A stretch of 64,000 nucleotides of DNA from Polyangiales bacterium (GTDB taxonomy: Bacteria > Myxococcota_A > Polyangia > Polyangiales > JBDIVX01): assembly GCA_039794305.1 (NCBI GenBank), contig JBDIVX010000019.1:424-64423 (forward strand), read 5' to 3'. The notes beneath the pieces are model-generated. The model ran no database searches. It was not told where the DNA came from and worked only from the letters and a program-made list of their open reading frames with translations. The translations under genes and the position numbers were made by a program. Below are positions 7,612 to 17,233 of the stretch, piece by piece; the first letter of the stretch is position 1, and each line of letters starts with the position of its first letter.

Positions 7612-10600
7612 ATGAACGTCACGTCCGAGATCCTCCGTGGTGAGCTCGAGCGCCTGTTCGAGCTCGAAGACATGAAGCGACTGAGCGCCGAGCTGCTCGG
7701 GTACGATCCCGACGCGCTCGGTGGCGCCGCCGGCAAGGGAGCGTTCGCGCGCGCGCTCGTCGACCAATGCGCGAGCGAAGACGCGCTGCTCGCGTTGGCC
7801 GACGCCATCGTCCTGAGCGCGACCGACAAGGCCGCCGGCGAGCGCGTGAGCGGCGTCTTCTCGGCGGACGCGGGGAGCGAGCTCGACGCCGGCACCGAGC
7901 TCGGCGGCTACCGCATCCTGAAGAAGGTCGCGGACGAGGGCGGCCTCGGTGTCGTCTACCTCGGCGAGAAGAAGAACGAGGATGGCACCACCGACCGCGT
8001 GGCGATCAAGGTGATCAAGCCCGCCTACGCGCGCGACCGCGGCGCGGTGCGACGTTACCTCACCGCGTGCCGCGCGCTCGGCCACGTGGAGGTGGCCGGG
8101 CTCGCGCCGATCGCGGCGGTCGGTGAGCTCGCCGACGGCCGCCCGTGGGTCGCGACACGCTTCGTCGAGGGGCAGACCCTCGCGGCGCGCGTGTCCCGCA
8201 TCGGGGCGATGCACTTCAACGAGGCACGCCCCGTCGTGCGCGGGGTGCTCGAGTCGCTCGGGAGGCTGCACGAGCGGAACCTGGTCCACGGGGACGTGAA
8301 GACGGAGAACGTCTTCATGATCCGCCCGACGCTGCCCGACGGGAGCCGCGGCGAGCCCACGGGCGTGCTCGTGGACGGCGGCACCGATCGGCTCCTGCAC
8401 CGCATGAACGGCGTCTCGCCCGCAGCGACCGCGCTCTTCGCGTTCATCGGTACGCCGAAGGCGCTCGCCCCGGAGCTCGCGCGCGGCCAGGCGCCCTCGG
8501 TCGAGAGCGACCTCTACGCGGCCGGCGTTCTTCTCTACGAGGTGCTCGCCGGCAGGCCGCCCTTCGTGGGCGACACGGCCATGGACGTGGTGGCGCTGCA
8601 CCTCACCGCCGATCCGGAGCCGCCGTCGGCGCACGCGCCGCGGGGGTGGATCCCGAAGGAGCTCGACGACCTGGTCGTCGCGGCGCTCTCGAAGGACCCG
8701 AAGCAGCGCTTCCATGCGGCGCACGAGCTGATCGAGCGGCTCGAGTCGATCGGCCGTACGGCGAAGCCGGAGAAGAAGGTCGAGAAGGCCGCGCTCGATC
8801 AGGGCGCGTTCGACGAGGCGGCCAAGGCGCTGCGCGAGCGACCCGAAGACGAGGAGCTCGCCGCCGCGCTCGAGCGCGTGGTGGAGCCCGCGGGCGCGTG
8901 GGCCGAGGCCGTCGGCGTCTTCGAGGAGGCAGCCGACAAGGCGGAGGACGCCGAGGCGAAGAAGGCGCACCTCTTCCGCGTGGCGCGCATCCAGGAGGCG
9001 GAGCTCGAGGACCGCGAAGCGGCCGAGGCGGCCTACCGCAAGATCCTCGAGATCGATCCCGAGGACGACATCGCGCAGATCGGGATCGAGGAGCTCAAGC
9101 GGGCGAGCGGCGCCGCCGAGGATCTGGTCGAGATCCTGCTCGAGAAGGCGGAGAAGGAGGAGGACGCGGACGAGCGCGCCTCGGTGCTCCGCGAGATCGC
9201 GCACCTCTACGAGGACAAGCTCGAGGACCTGGACAACGCCTTCGTCGCCTGGACCCAGGCGCTCGCCGACCAACCTTCCGACAAGCGCACCGTGCGCGAG
9301 GTCGAGCGGCTCGCCGGCAAGAGCACCGACCGGTGGAACGAGGCGATCACGACGCTGAGCGAGGCGGCCCAGGAGCCGGCGAGCCCGTCCGACGCCGTAC
9401 GCCTCTACGCGCTGATGGGCCGCTGGTACGCCGAGCACCTCTCGCGGCCCGACTTCGCCCTCCAGTGCTACGGGCAGGCGCTCACCGCCGACCCGTCGAG
9501 CGACGAGGCGTACGAGGGTACGGTCGAGCTCTACCGCAAGTCCCAGTCCTGGCAGGAGCTCGTCACGGTGCTCCTCCAGCGCGCCGACGCCAGCGGCAAC
9601 CCCGCGCGCGCCCGCAGCTTCCGCGCGGACGCGGCGGAGGTCGTCATGCAGAAGCTGAACGACCGCGACCGCGCCGCCGGCATGTTCCAGGAGATCCTGG
9701 CCGAGGATCCGGCGCACCCGAAGGCCGCCGACGCGCTCGAGATGATCCTGGCCGACCGCGGCTCGTGGAACGAGCTGGTCAAGCTCCTCGAGACCCGCTC
9801 GCACAACGAGACCGGCGCATCGAAGGTGCAGACCCTGGTGCGCATCGGCGAGATCTACGAGGACCGGCTGGGCGAGGAGGAGAAGGCCCAGGTCAGCTTC
9901 GAGGCCGCCCTCACGCACGATCCCAAGAACCTGCTCGCGCTCAAGGGGCTCGAGCGGATCTACGCCAAGATCGGCAAGTTCAAGGAGCTGCTCGACGTGC
10001 TCGAGCGGCAGCTCGAGCAGGCGGCCACGCCGCGGCAGAAGATCGCGCTCCTCGAGAGGATCGGCAGCATCCACGAGGAGGAGTTCGTCCAGCACGAGCA
10101 GGCGGTCGAGGCCTTCGAGCAGATCATCGAGATCGAGCCGGGGCACGACGCTGCCAACACCGCCCTCGAGCGGCTCTACCGCCACCTGCAACGCTTCGAC
10201 GACCTCGCCGCGGCCTTCGATCGGCACGCCAAGGGCGCGTCGGACGACGACCGCAAGCGCGAGCTCATGCTCCAGGCGGTCAAGGTCCTGATGGTCGACG
10301 TGGGCGCGCCGGACCGGGCCATGGAGGTGTGCGAGCGGGTGCTCGCGCTCGCGCCCGACGACCCCACCGCGCTCGACCTCGTGGCGCGCCTCAAGGCGCA
10401 GACGGGCGACGCGGCGGCGGCCATCCAGGCCACCGACCGGCTCGCCGAGGCCGAGAAGGACCTCCACAAGAAGAGCGAGCTCTGGCTGCGCGCCGGCCGC
10501 ATGCTCGAGGACAAGGGCGACAAGGACGGCGCCATCCAGCGTTACAAGCGGGCGCTCGACGCGGACGCGAAGAACGCCGAGGCGGCGACCGCGCTCCGGA

Positions 10601-12969
10601 CCATCTACACCGGCCGCGGCGACGCGCACGGCGCCGTCGAGCTGCTCCAGCGCGAGATCGCGGTCACCGAGGGCGCGATCAGCAAGGCCAAGCTCCACGC
10701 CGAGATGGGCCAGCTCCAGCGCGATCGGCTCGAGGAGCCCGGCAAGGCGAAGAAGTCCTTCGAGAAGGCGCTCGAGCTCGACCCGACCTGCACCCCGGCG
10801 AGCCGCGGTCTCGGCGACATGGCCTTCGAGGGGCAGGCGTGGGCCGAGGCGGTCAAGCACTACGAGCCGCTGCTCGCGCGGACGAGCGAGATGGACGCCG
10901 AGACCGCGCGCGAGGTGAGCCTCAAGTGCGGCGACGCCTTCCGGAAGCTCGAGGACTTCGACAAGGCGCAGCGGGCGTACCTCAACGCCAAGGCCTTCGC
11001 CCCGGACGACCGCGAGGTGCTCGAGCGCGTGGCGGAGGTGACCTTCGATGCGGGCGAGCCGGACGAGGCGGCCGAGCTGTACCGAGACCTCCACAAGCAG
11101 TTCGGCTCGGAGCTGTCGGGCGGCGAGAGGGGCCGGATCATCTACCGGCTCGGCGAGGCGAGCCGGCGAGCCAAGAACCTCGCCGAGGCCGTCAAGCACC
11201 TCGAAGAGGCAGCCGAGCTCATGCCCGAGGAGGCCGCGCCTCTCGACTCGCTCCGCAAGGTCTACGAGGAGCAGGGCAAGTGGGAGCTCGTCGTGCGCAC
11301 TCTGCGCCGGCGGATGGAGCACGCCGGAGACGACGAGAGGTTCAAGCTGCTCGTCGACGTCGGCGACGTGCTCCTCGACAAGATGGGCGACCGCTCGAAG
11401 GCGTCGAAGAGCTACGTCGCCGCTCTCGAGGTGAAGCCGGACGACCGCAACCTGCTCACGAAGCTGATGGCGGTCTACTCGGAGAGCAAGGACTGGTCGC
11501 GGCTCGTGGAGATCATCCTGCGCATCGCGGACCTGGTCGAGGAACCGAAGCAGCTCGCGAAGTACTACAACACCGCGGCGGCGATCTCGCACCGCGAGCT
11601 CGGCCGCCTCGACGAGGCCGCCGACTACTACGAGCAGACGCTCGACAACGAGCCCGGTCTCGCGACGGCGTTCGAGGGTCTGGTCGACTGCCTGGGCCAG
11701 AAGCAGGACTGGGAGGCGCTCGCCAACGCCTACCGGGGCCACCTCGACCGGCTCGGCGAAGGCGCGGAGCCCGAGCGCCGCGCCGCGCTCTACGACGCGC
11801 TCGCGGACGTCCTCCAGCATCGGCTCGGACGCACCTCCGAGGCGGTCGAGGCCTTCGAGCAGGCGCAGGAGCTCGACAGCGACAACCGCCAGCGCACCGA
11901 GCAGCTCGCCTCGATCTACGCAGCCGAGCCGAAGCGGTACTTCTCGAAGGCCGTGCGAGTGCACCAGCAGCTCCTCCAGAAGAGCCCCTACCGCATCGAG
12001 TCGTACCAGGCGCTCCGGTCGCTCTACACCGACATGAAGCGTGCGGACGAGGCCTGGTGCGTGTGCCAGGCGCTGACCGTCCTCAACATGGCGGAGCCGG
12101 ACGAGGAGAGCTTCTTCAAGAAGCACCGCTCCCGTACCCCCGCGGCGGCCCAGGACTTCTTCAACGAGGAGATCTGGTTCAACCACGTGACGCACGGCGA
12201 CCAGGACCCGCTGCTCACGGGCATCTTCGCGGTCATCACGCCCGCGGTGGTCCAGACGCGCGCCCGCCCGCTCGACGCGTTCAAGGTCACCTCGAAGGAC
12301 ATCGTGCGCGATCCGGCGAACGACGCGATGGCGATGGCGCAGACGCTCCACTACGTCGCCGGCGTCACCCAGCTCCAGCTCCCGGACATCTACTACCGCA
12401 AGAGCGATCCCGGCGGGCTCAGCTTCCTCTACACGGCGCCGCCCGCGGTCGGGCTGGGCCAGGGCGCGATGGCGGGTGGGCCGAGCCAGGCGCTGGCGTT
12501 CGTCGCGGGCAGGCACCTGAGCTACTTCCGCGGCGGCCACTACCTCAGGCACCTCGTGCCGACTGGCAGCGGCCTGCGCGCGTGGCTGCTCGCGGCGATC
12601 AAGACCGTGCAGCCGAGCTTCCCGGTGCCCGCCGACATGTCCGGGCCGGTCACCGACCACCACGCCTCGCTCAAGCAGCACCTGACGGGGCAGGCGCTCG
12701 ACGAGCTGCACAGCCTGGTGCACAAGCTGCTCGCGGCGAGCCCGAGCCTCGACATGAAGCGGTGGGTCGCGGCGGTGGACCTGACGGCCGACCGCGTCGG
12801 CTTCGTCCTGGCCAACAGCCTCGAGATCGCTTCGGCGGTCGTCAAGGCGAGCCCCGACGACTCCGCCGGCCTCGCGCAGAAGGAGCGCCTGAAGGAGCTC
12901 TACCTCTACAGCGTGAGCGAGGAGTACCTCCAGCTCCGCCACAAGCTCGGCGTCGCCATCGACGACTGA
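7612..12969 (+). CDS. Large kinase-TPR protein: EAD-like N-terminus, Ser/Thr kinase domain, GltI/AgmK-like TPR array, inactive M48-like C-terminal domain
   Basis: Kinase motifs GGLGVVY, VAIK, HGDVKTEN, DGG (in place of DFG), GTPKALAPE, DLYAAG. About 1200 aa of TPR-like helices. C-terminal AFVAGRHLS and DLTADRVG. Confidence 0.82.
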   Translation: MNVTSEILRGELERLFELEDMKRLSAELLGYDPDALGGAAGKGAFARALVDQCASEDALLALADAIVLSATDKAAGERVSGVFSADAGSELDAGTELGGYRILKKVADEGGLGVVYLGEKKNEDGTTDRVAIKVIKPAYARDRGAVRRYLTACRALGHVEVAGLAPIAAVGELADGRPWVATRFVEGQTLAARVSRIGAMHFNEARPVVRGVLESLGRLHERNLVHGDVKTENVFMIRPTLPDGSRGEPTGVLVDGGTDRLLHRMNGVSPAATALFAFIGTPKALAPELARGQAPSVESDLYAAGVLLYEVLAGRPPFVGDTAMDVVALHLTADPEPPSAHAPRGWIPKELDDLVVAALSKDPKQRFHAAHELIERLESIGRTAKPEKKVEKAALDQGAFDEAAKALRERPEDEELAAALERVVEPAGAWAEAVGVFEEAADKAEDAEAKKAHLFRVARIQEAELEDREAAEAAYRKILEIDPEDDIAQIGIEELKRASGAAEDLVEILLEKAEKEEDADERASVLREIAHLYEDKLEDLDNAFVAWTQALADQPSDKRTVREVERLAGKSTDRWNEAITTLSEAAQEPASPSDAVRLYALMGRWYAEHLSRPDFALQCYGQALTADPSSDEAYEGTVELYRKSQSWQELVTVLLQRADASGNPARARSFRADAAEVVMQKLNDRDRAAGMFQEILAEDPAHPKAADALEMILADRGSWNELVKLLETRSHNETGASKVQTLVRIGEIYEDRLGEEEKAQVSFEAALTHDPKNLLALKGLERIYAKIGKFKELLDVLERQLEQAATPRQKIALLERIGSIHEEEFVQHEQAVEAFEQIIEIEPGHDAANTALERLYRHLQRFDDLAAAFDRHAKGASDDDRKRELMLQAVKVLMVDVGAPDRAMEVCERVLALAPDDPTALDLVARLKAQTGDAAAAIQATDRLAEAEKDLHKKSELWLRAGRMLEDKGDKDGAIQRYKRALDADAKNAEAATALRTIYTGRGDAHGAVELLQREIAVTEGAISKAKLHAEMGQLQRDRLEEPGKAKKSFEKALELDPTCTPASRGLGDMAFEGQAWAEAVKHYEPLLARTSEMDAETAREVSLKCGDAFRKLEDFDKAQRAYLNAKAFAPDDREVLERVAEVTFDAGEPDEAAELYRDLHKQFGSELSGGERGRIIYRLGEASRRAKNLAEAVKHLEEAAELMPEEAAPLDSLRKVYEEQGKWELVVRTLRRRMEHAGDDERFKLLVDVGDVLLDKMGDRSKASKSYVAALEVKPDDRNLLTKLMAVYSESKDWSRLVEIILRIADLVEEPKQLAKYYNTAAAISHRELGRLDEAADYYEQTLDNEPGLATAFEGLVDCLGQKQDWEALANAYRGHLDRLGEGAEPERRAALYDALADVLQHRLGRTSEAVEAFEQAQELDSDNRQRTEQLASIYAAEPKRYFSKAVRVHQQLLQKSPYRIESYQALRSLYTDMKRADEAWCVCQALTVLNMAEPDEESFFKKHRSRTPAAAQDFFNEEIWFNHVTHGDQDPLLTGIFAVITPAVVQTRARPLDAFKVTSKDIVRDPANDAMAMAQTLHYVAGVTQLQLPDIYYRKSDPGGLSFLYTAPPAVGLGQGAMAGGPSQALAFVAGRHLSYFRGGHYLRHLVPTGSGLRAWLLAAIKTVQPSFPVPADMSGPVTDHHASLKQHLTGQALDELHSLVHKLLAASPSLDMKRWVAAVDLTADRVGFVLANSLEIASAVVKASPDDSAGLAQKERLKELYLYSVSEEYLQLRHKLGVAIDD

Positions 12970-13118
12970 CGCGCGCCCTCGCCCGTCTCGTCCTCGCGGC
13001 GGCGCGCGCGTCCCGGGGGACCGAGGCCGCGTCGGCGGGACCGCCACGGCCGTCGGCCGGAGCGCGAGCCTCGCCGCTCCGTGCGGGCAGCGGGCGTGAG
13101 GCGCCGCTTGCGCCGTGA

Positions 13119-13168
13119 ATCACGTTGTGATACGCCGCGTGTTACATCGTGATACGGACGTGTGACAT
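13119..13168 (+). promoter_or_regulatory. Tandem operator-like sites upstream of the ABC1 kinase gene
   Basis: Perfect palindrome ATCAC-GTT-GTGAT (13119-13131), imperfect GTTAC-ATC-GTGAT (13141-13153), and a direct repeat with 22-bp period. RBS GGAGG follows. Confidence 0.6.
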
Positions 13169-13183
13169 GCATCGGAGGACGTG

Positions 13184-14677
13184 ATGGCGGTGGCGACGCA
13201 CGCGGAAATCTCGGGGCTGCGGCTGTGGATGAGGGTGCTCGACGCGGGTCTGGCCGCGGTGGAGCAGACGGCGTGGGAGCTGCGCGGCAGGGCCGAGCGG
13301 CTCGTCCGGGGGGCCGAGGGGCTCGGAGGCGAGGGCCGCGAGACAGCCCGCCGGCTGCAGCGAGCCACCCGCACCGGCTGGGTGCTGGCGAAGATCGCGA
13401 CCGGCTACCGCCTGCACCTCACCCGCGCCGCCTTCACCTCGAGGCGCAGCGCGGCGGCGGCCCTCGAGCGGCGGCACGCGAAGAGCGCCGTGCGATTCCG
13501 TGAGCTGAGCGAGGAGCACGGCGGCGCGTTCCTCAAGGTCGGCCAGATGCTCTCGGCCCGGCCCGACATCCTCCCGACCACCTGGATCGCCGAGCTGTCG
13601 GTGCTCCAGGACGCGGCGCCGCGCTTCGACTTCGAGCAGGCACGCGAGACGATCGAGGCCGACCTCGGCCGCCCGCTCGAGGACCTCTTCGCGTCGTTCG
13701 AGCAAGAGCCCGTCGCCGCCGCCAGCATCGGGCAGGTGCACCGCGCCGTCACGCGCGACGGCGCAGCGGTGGCGGTGAAGGTGCGCCGGCCGGAGATCGA
13801 GCAGCTCGTCGAAGCCGATCTCGATCTGCTGGAGCGCTTCGTGCTCTCCATGCGGTCCAGCCTGCCGCCGGCCGACTGGGAGACCATCGCGGCCGAGGTC
13901 CGCGCCGCCGTGCGGGACGAGCTCGACTACGAGCGCGAGCGCGAGACGATGGCCGCGTTGCACGCCTTCTTCGAGGACGATCCGCACGTGGTCGTGCCGA
14001 GGCCGATCGACGCGCTGTCGAGCCGCCGCGTGCTCACCGCCTCGTTCGTCGAGGGCCGCAAGATCACGCGCGCGCTCGACGAGCTGATCGAGCGGGGCGA
14101 GCGCGATCGGGCGGACGAGCTGCTCGGGCGGCTGCTCGGCGCGTACGTCCGCCAGGTGCTGGAGGCCGGCCGCTTCCAGGCCGACCCGCACCCCGGCAAC
14201 CTCCTCGCCACCGACGACGGCCGCGTCGTCCTGCTCGACTTCGGCTGCGCGCAGCGTCTGCCGGAAGCCTCGCGGCGCGCGTTCCTCACCATCCTCGAGG
14301 CCTCGCTGGTGAACGATCGGGAGCGCATGAGCGCGGCGCTCTTCGAGCTGGGCTTCCGTACGAGGAGCGGCGATCCGGCGACGCTCCACGCCTTCGCCGA
14401 CGTGATGCTCGAGGCCTTCCGCGGCGCGGCGTCGGGCGGCGGCGTCGAGTGGCCGACCCGCGAGCAGGCGCTCGCCCAGCTGACCGAGCTGATGCGCGCC
14501 GCGGAAGACGATCCCGTGGTGCGTCTGCCGGCCGAGTTCGTCATGCTCGGGCGCGTGTTCGGCACGCTGGGCGGCTTGTTCCACGGCTACCGCCCCCGGC
14601 TCGACCTCGCGACCCACCTCCTGCCGTCGGTGATGCGAGCGTTGCAAGCCTCATCACGCTCTCCTCGCGAGCGATGA
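13184..14677 (+). CDS. ABC1/UbiB (AarF) atypical kinase family protein
   Basis: LKVGQMLS, AAASIGQVHRA, VAVKV, ELDY, FQADPHPGN, LLDFG. Confidence 0.93.
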   Translation: MAVATHAEISGLRLWMRVLDAGLAAVEQTAWELRGRAERLVRGAEGLGGEGRETARRLQRATRTGWVLAKIATGYRLHLTRAAFTSRRSAAAALERRHAKSAVRFRELSEEHGGAFLKVGQMLSARPDILPTTWIAELSVLQDAAPRFDFEQARETIEADLGRPLEDLFASFEQEPVAAASIGQVHRAVTRDGAAVAVKVRRPEIEQLVEADLDLLERFVLSMRSSLPPADWETIAAEVRAAVRDELDYERERETMAALHAFFEDDPHVVVPRPIDALSSRRVLTASFVEGRKITRALDELIERGERDRADELLGRLLGAYVRQVLEAGRFQADPHPGNLLATDDGRVVLLDFGCAQRLPEASRRAFLTILEASLVNDRERMSAALFELGFRTRSGDPATLHAFADVMLEAFRGAASGGGVEWPTREQALAQLTELMRAAEDDPVVRLPAEFVMLGRVFGTLGGLFHGYRPRLDLATHLLPSVMRALQASSRSPRER

Positions 14678-14719
14678 GCCGGCGTTGACAGGATCTCGAG
14701 GCAGGGGGAGCCTCAGCGG

Positions 14720-16285
14720 ATGCGGGCCGCGCCCACGATCGCCGTGCTGACCTTCGGCGTCGCTCTCGGATGCGCGCAAGGGGGAGGCGGAGACTCTCGC
14801 TCGTCCGGTCGGCCCGACGGCGGGACGCCGCCGCGCCCCGACGCCGAGCTGCCCGGCATCGATGCAGGACCCATGGTCGGGATGGACTCGGCGGTGCCCG
14901 GCGTGGACTCGGCGGTGCCGGGCGTGGACTCGGCGGTGCCGGGCGTGGACTCGGCGGTGCCGGGCGTGGACTCGGCGGTGCCGGGCGTGGACTCGGCGGT
15001 GCCGGGCGTGGACGCGGGCCCGAGCGACCCCTGCCTCGGCGTGGACTGCTCCGGGCTCGACACGGCGTGCACGGTGGGCGTGTGCGATCCGGGCAGCGGC
15101 GCGTGCGCGAGCGCGGCGCGGCCGGAGGGCACCGGCTGCGACGACGGTGACGCGTGCACCGCGGGTGACGCATGCGCCTCGGGGGTCTGCACGGGGAGCG
15201 CGGTCGACTGCAGCGCGCTCGATGGGGCATGCGGCACGGGGGTCTGCGATCCCGCCCTCGGCTGCGTTTCGGCGCCGGTCGCCGACGGCACGTCGTGCGA
15301 CACCGACCCCGGCGACTGCGTGGACGAGGCGTGCGCGTCGGGATCGTGCGCGAGCGCGCCGAGGGCCGACTGCTCGAGCTGCGGCAGCGCGGGCGAGGTG
15401 TGCTCGGCCGGCGCGTGCGGCGCACCGCCGACCTCGCGCACCTTCGACTTCGAGGCCGGCCTGCCGAGCGGGTGGCGGGTCGGAGGCGACGCGGGCTGGG
15501 TCGTCGACACGAGCCGGCCGCACGCCGGCGCGATGAGCGCGCACAGCGGCGCGATCTCGAGCTACGACACCTCGACGATGACGGCGGACGTGACGATCGG
15601 CGCCCCGGCGCGCCTCTCGTTCTGGCTCACGACGAGCACCGAGTCGGGCTACGACTACCTCGAGGTCTGGATCGACGGCGTACGCCAGGGCCGCTGGTCG
15701 GGCTCGGTCGCCTGGACCGAATTCGCGATCGACCTCGCGGCGGGCGCGCACACGATCGAGTGGCGTTACACGAAGGACGGCTCGGTCAGCTCGGGCGACG
15801 ATCGGGTGTGGATCGACGACGTCGTCCTCAGCGCGGGCGGCGGCGTGCCCGTCGAGACCTTCGAGGCGGCGGGCCTGCCGAGCGGCTGGACGAGCAGCGG
15901 CAGCGCGAGCTGGACGGTCGGCACGAGCGCGGCCCACGGCGGCGCGCAGTCGGCGCGCAGCGGCGCCATCACGCACTCCCAGCAGACCTCGCTCACGCGC
16001 ACCGTCACCCTCGCGAGCGCCGGCACGCTGCGCTTCTGGTACAGCGTGAGCAGCGAGTCGAGCTTCGACTACCTGCGCATCTTCATCGACGGCGTCGAGC
16101 AAGACCGCTGGGCGGGCAGCGTCTCGTGGACGCAGGCGTCGTATCCGCTCGCCGCCGGCTCGCACACGATCGAGTGGCGCTACACGAAGGATGGCTCGGT
16201 TAGTAGCGGCTCGGACGCCGCCTGGCTCGACGACGTCGAGCTCGGTGATCCGCTGCCGCCCACCGGCAGCCTCTGCGGCCCGTAG
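14720..16285 (+). CDS. Surface lipoprotein: repeat stalk, Cys-rich repeats, two tandem beta-sandwich (MAM/adhesin-like) domains
   Basis: Lipobox ALGC; CDDGDACT-type repeats; duplicated HTIEWRYTKDGSVSSG.D..W.DDV domain. Confidence 0.8.
   Translation: MRAAPTIAVLTFGVALGCAQGGGGDSRSSGRPDGGTPPRPDAELPGIDAGPMVGMDSAVPGVDSAVPGVDSAVPGVDSAVPGVDSAVPGVDSAVPGVDAGPSDPCLGVDCSGLDTACTVGVCDPGSGACASAARPEGTGCDDGDACTAGDACASGVCTGSAVDCSALDGACGTGVCDPALGCVSAPVADGTSCDTDPGDCVDEACASGSCASAPRADCSSCGSAGEVCSAGACGAPPTSRTFDFEAGLPSGWRVGGDAGWVVDTSRPHAGAMSAHSGAISSYDTSTMTADVTIGAPARLSFWLTTSTESGYDYLEVWIDGVRQGRWSGSVAWTEFAIDLAAGAHTIEWRYTKDGSVSSGDDRVWIDDVVLSAGGGVPVETFEAAGLPSGWTSSGSASWTVGTSAAHGGAQSARSGAITHSQQTSLTRTVTLASAGTLRFWYSVSSESSFDYLRIFIDGVEQDRWAGSVSWTQASYPLAAGSHTIEWRYTKDGSVSSGSDAAWLDDVELGDPLPPTGSLCGP
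14885..15010 (+). repeat. Coding tandem repeat, 6 x 21 bp (DSAVPGV)
   Basis: GACTCGGCGGTGCC(C/G)GGCGTG repeated six times, near-identical. Confidence 0.95.
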
Positions 16286-16344
16286 CGCCCAGCCGCCGGA
16301 CCTCCGTCTCGACCGGCCGCGAGACGGCGCTACGCTGTCGGCCG

Positions 16345-17166
16345 ATGTTCCCGCGACTGGCGGTGCTGTACCTGATCGCCACGGGCTGCGGATCGCCGGA
16401 GGCTTCCCTGCCGGTCCCGATCCGGGTCTCCCCCGAGACCACGGCCGGCGCCGCGGCGCCTGCGCCCGCCGACGACGTCGAGCCTGCCTCGCGCCACGGG
16501 TACGCGGACGCGCCGCTCACACCGTTCGCCGACCGGATGACCGACCTGGTCATCGCGGCCCTCACCGATCGACCCCTGCCGGAGGTCGGGATCCCGGTCG
16601 AGCCGCTTCGGGGAGGTGACCGGGTGGAGCTGCGAGACGATCTGCCCGCCGTCCCCGACAGGCTCGACGTCCTGGCCTTCGGCATCGAGATGGACGTCCT
16701 GTTCGGCGCCCCCGCCTCGTCGAAGCTCCATCTGGTCCTCCTCCTGTCGCCCACGGGGCTCCGGCTGGCCTACGCGAGCGTGGCGACCGGCCACCGGGGC
16801 GAGCTGTTGCCGAGGGAGCTCGGCGAGCTCGAGGTGGCGGCGGCGCAGGTCCTCGAGGTGCTGCGCGCGGGGCAGGGCGAGGCGCTCCTCGTCGGCGAGG
16901 CCGAGCGGCAGTGGCTCGGGGACGACCGGCTCTACCGGGAGCTCGTCCGCGAGTCGCCCGACGCGCAGACCCTCGCCCGGATCGCCGAGCTCGTCCGCAC
17001 GTCCGGCTCGCCCGTCGCCTATCGCCTCGACGACGTGGGCCTGCTGCTCCGGGGGAGCGACGGCGCCTGGTACGGGGCGGAGCTCGACTTCCTGCACCGC
17101 GGTGGGGCGGTCGTCGTCCTCGAGAACGGGCCGCTGGTCACGCTTCGGCCGCTGCACCCCGAGTGA
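16345..17166 (+). CDS. Hypothetical lipoprotein
   Basis: MFPRLAVLYLIATGC is a lipobox-like signal; codon usage is host-like. Confidence 0.65.
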   Translation: MFPRLAVLYLIATGCGSPEASLPVPIRVSPETTAGAAAPAPADDVEPASRHGYADAPLTPFADRMTDLVIAALTDRPLPEVGIPVEPLRGGDRVELRDDLPAVPDRLDVLAFGIEMDVLFGAPASSKLHLVLLLSPTGLRLAYASVATGHRGELLPRELGELEVAAAQVLEVLRAGQGEALLVGEAERQWLGDDRLYRELVRESPDAQTLARIAELVRTSGSPVAYRLDDVGLLLRGSDGAWYGAELDFLHRGGAVVVLENGPLVTLRPLHPE

Positions 17167-17233
17167 TGGCGGAAAGTGTCGCCCTCCCCGTTGGCGAGGC
17201 GCCGTGATAGCCTCTATGGCTCCCACGGAGAGA

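Noticed and set aside
7402..13047. 1983-aa minus-strand ORF and 1657-aa alternative plus-frame ORF
   Set aside because: These are shadow ORFs of a high-GC gene. Only the last ~101 codons of the minus ORF (ferredoxin) are real.
14885..15010. Possible CRISPR array
   Set aside because: Direct tandem 21-mers with no spacers, in frame within a CDS, and no cas genes.
16616..17233. Long N-terminal extension of the 878-aa phoH ORF
   Set aside because: It overlaps the upstream lipoprotein gene and is low-complexity; the RBS supports ATG17234.
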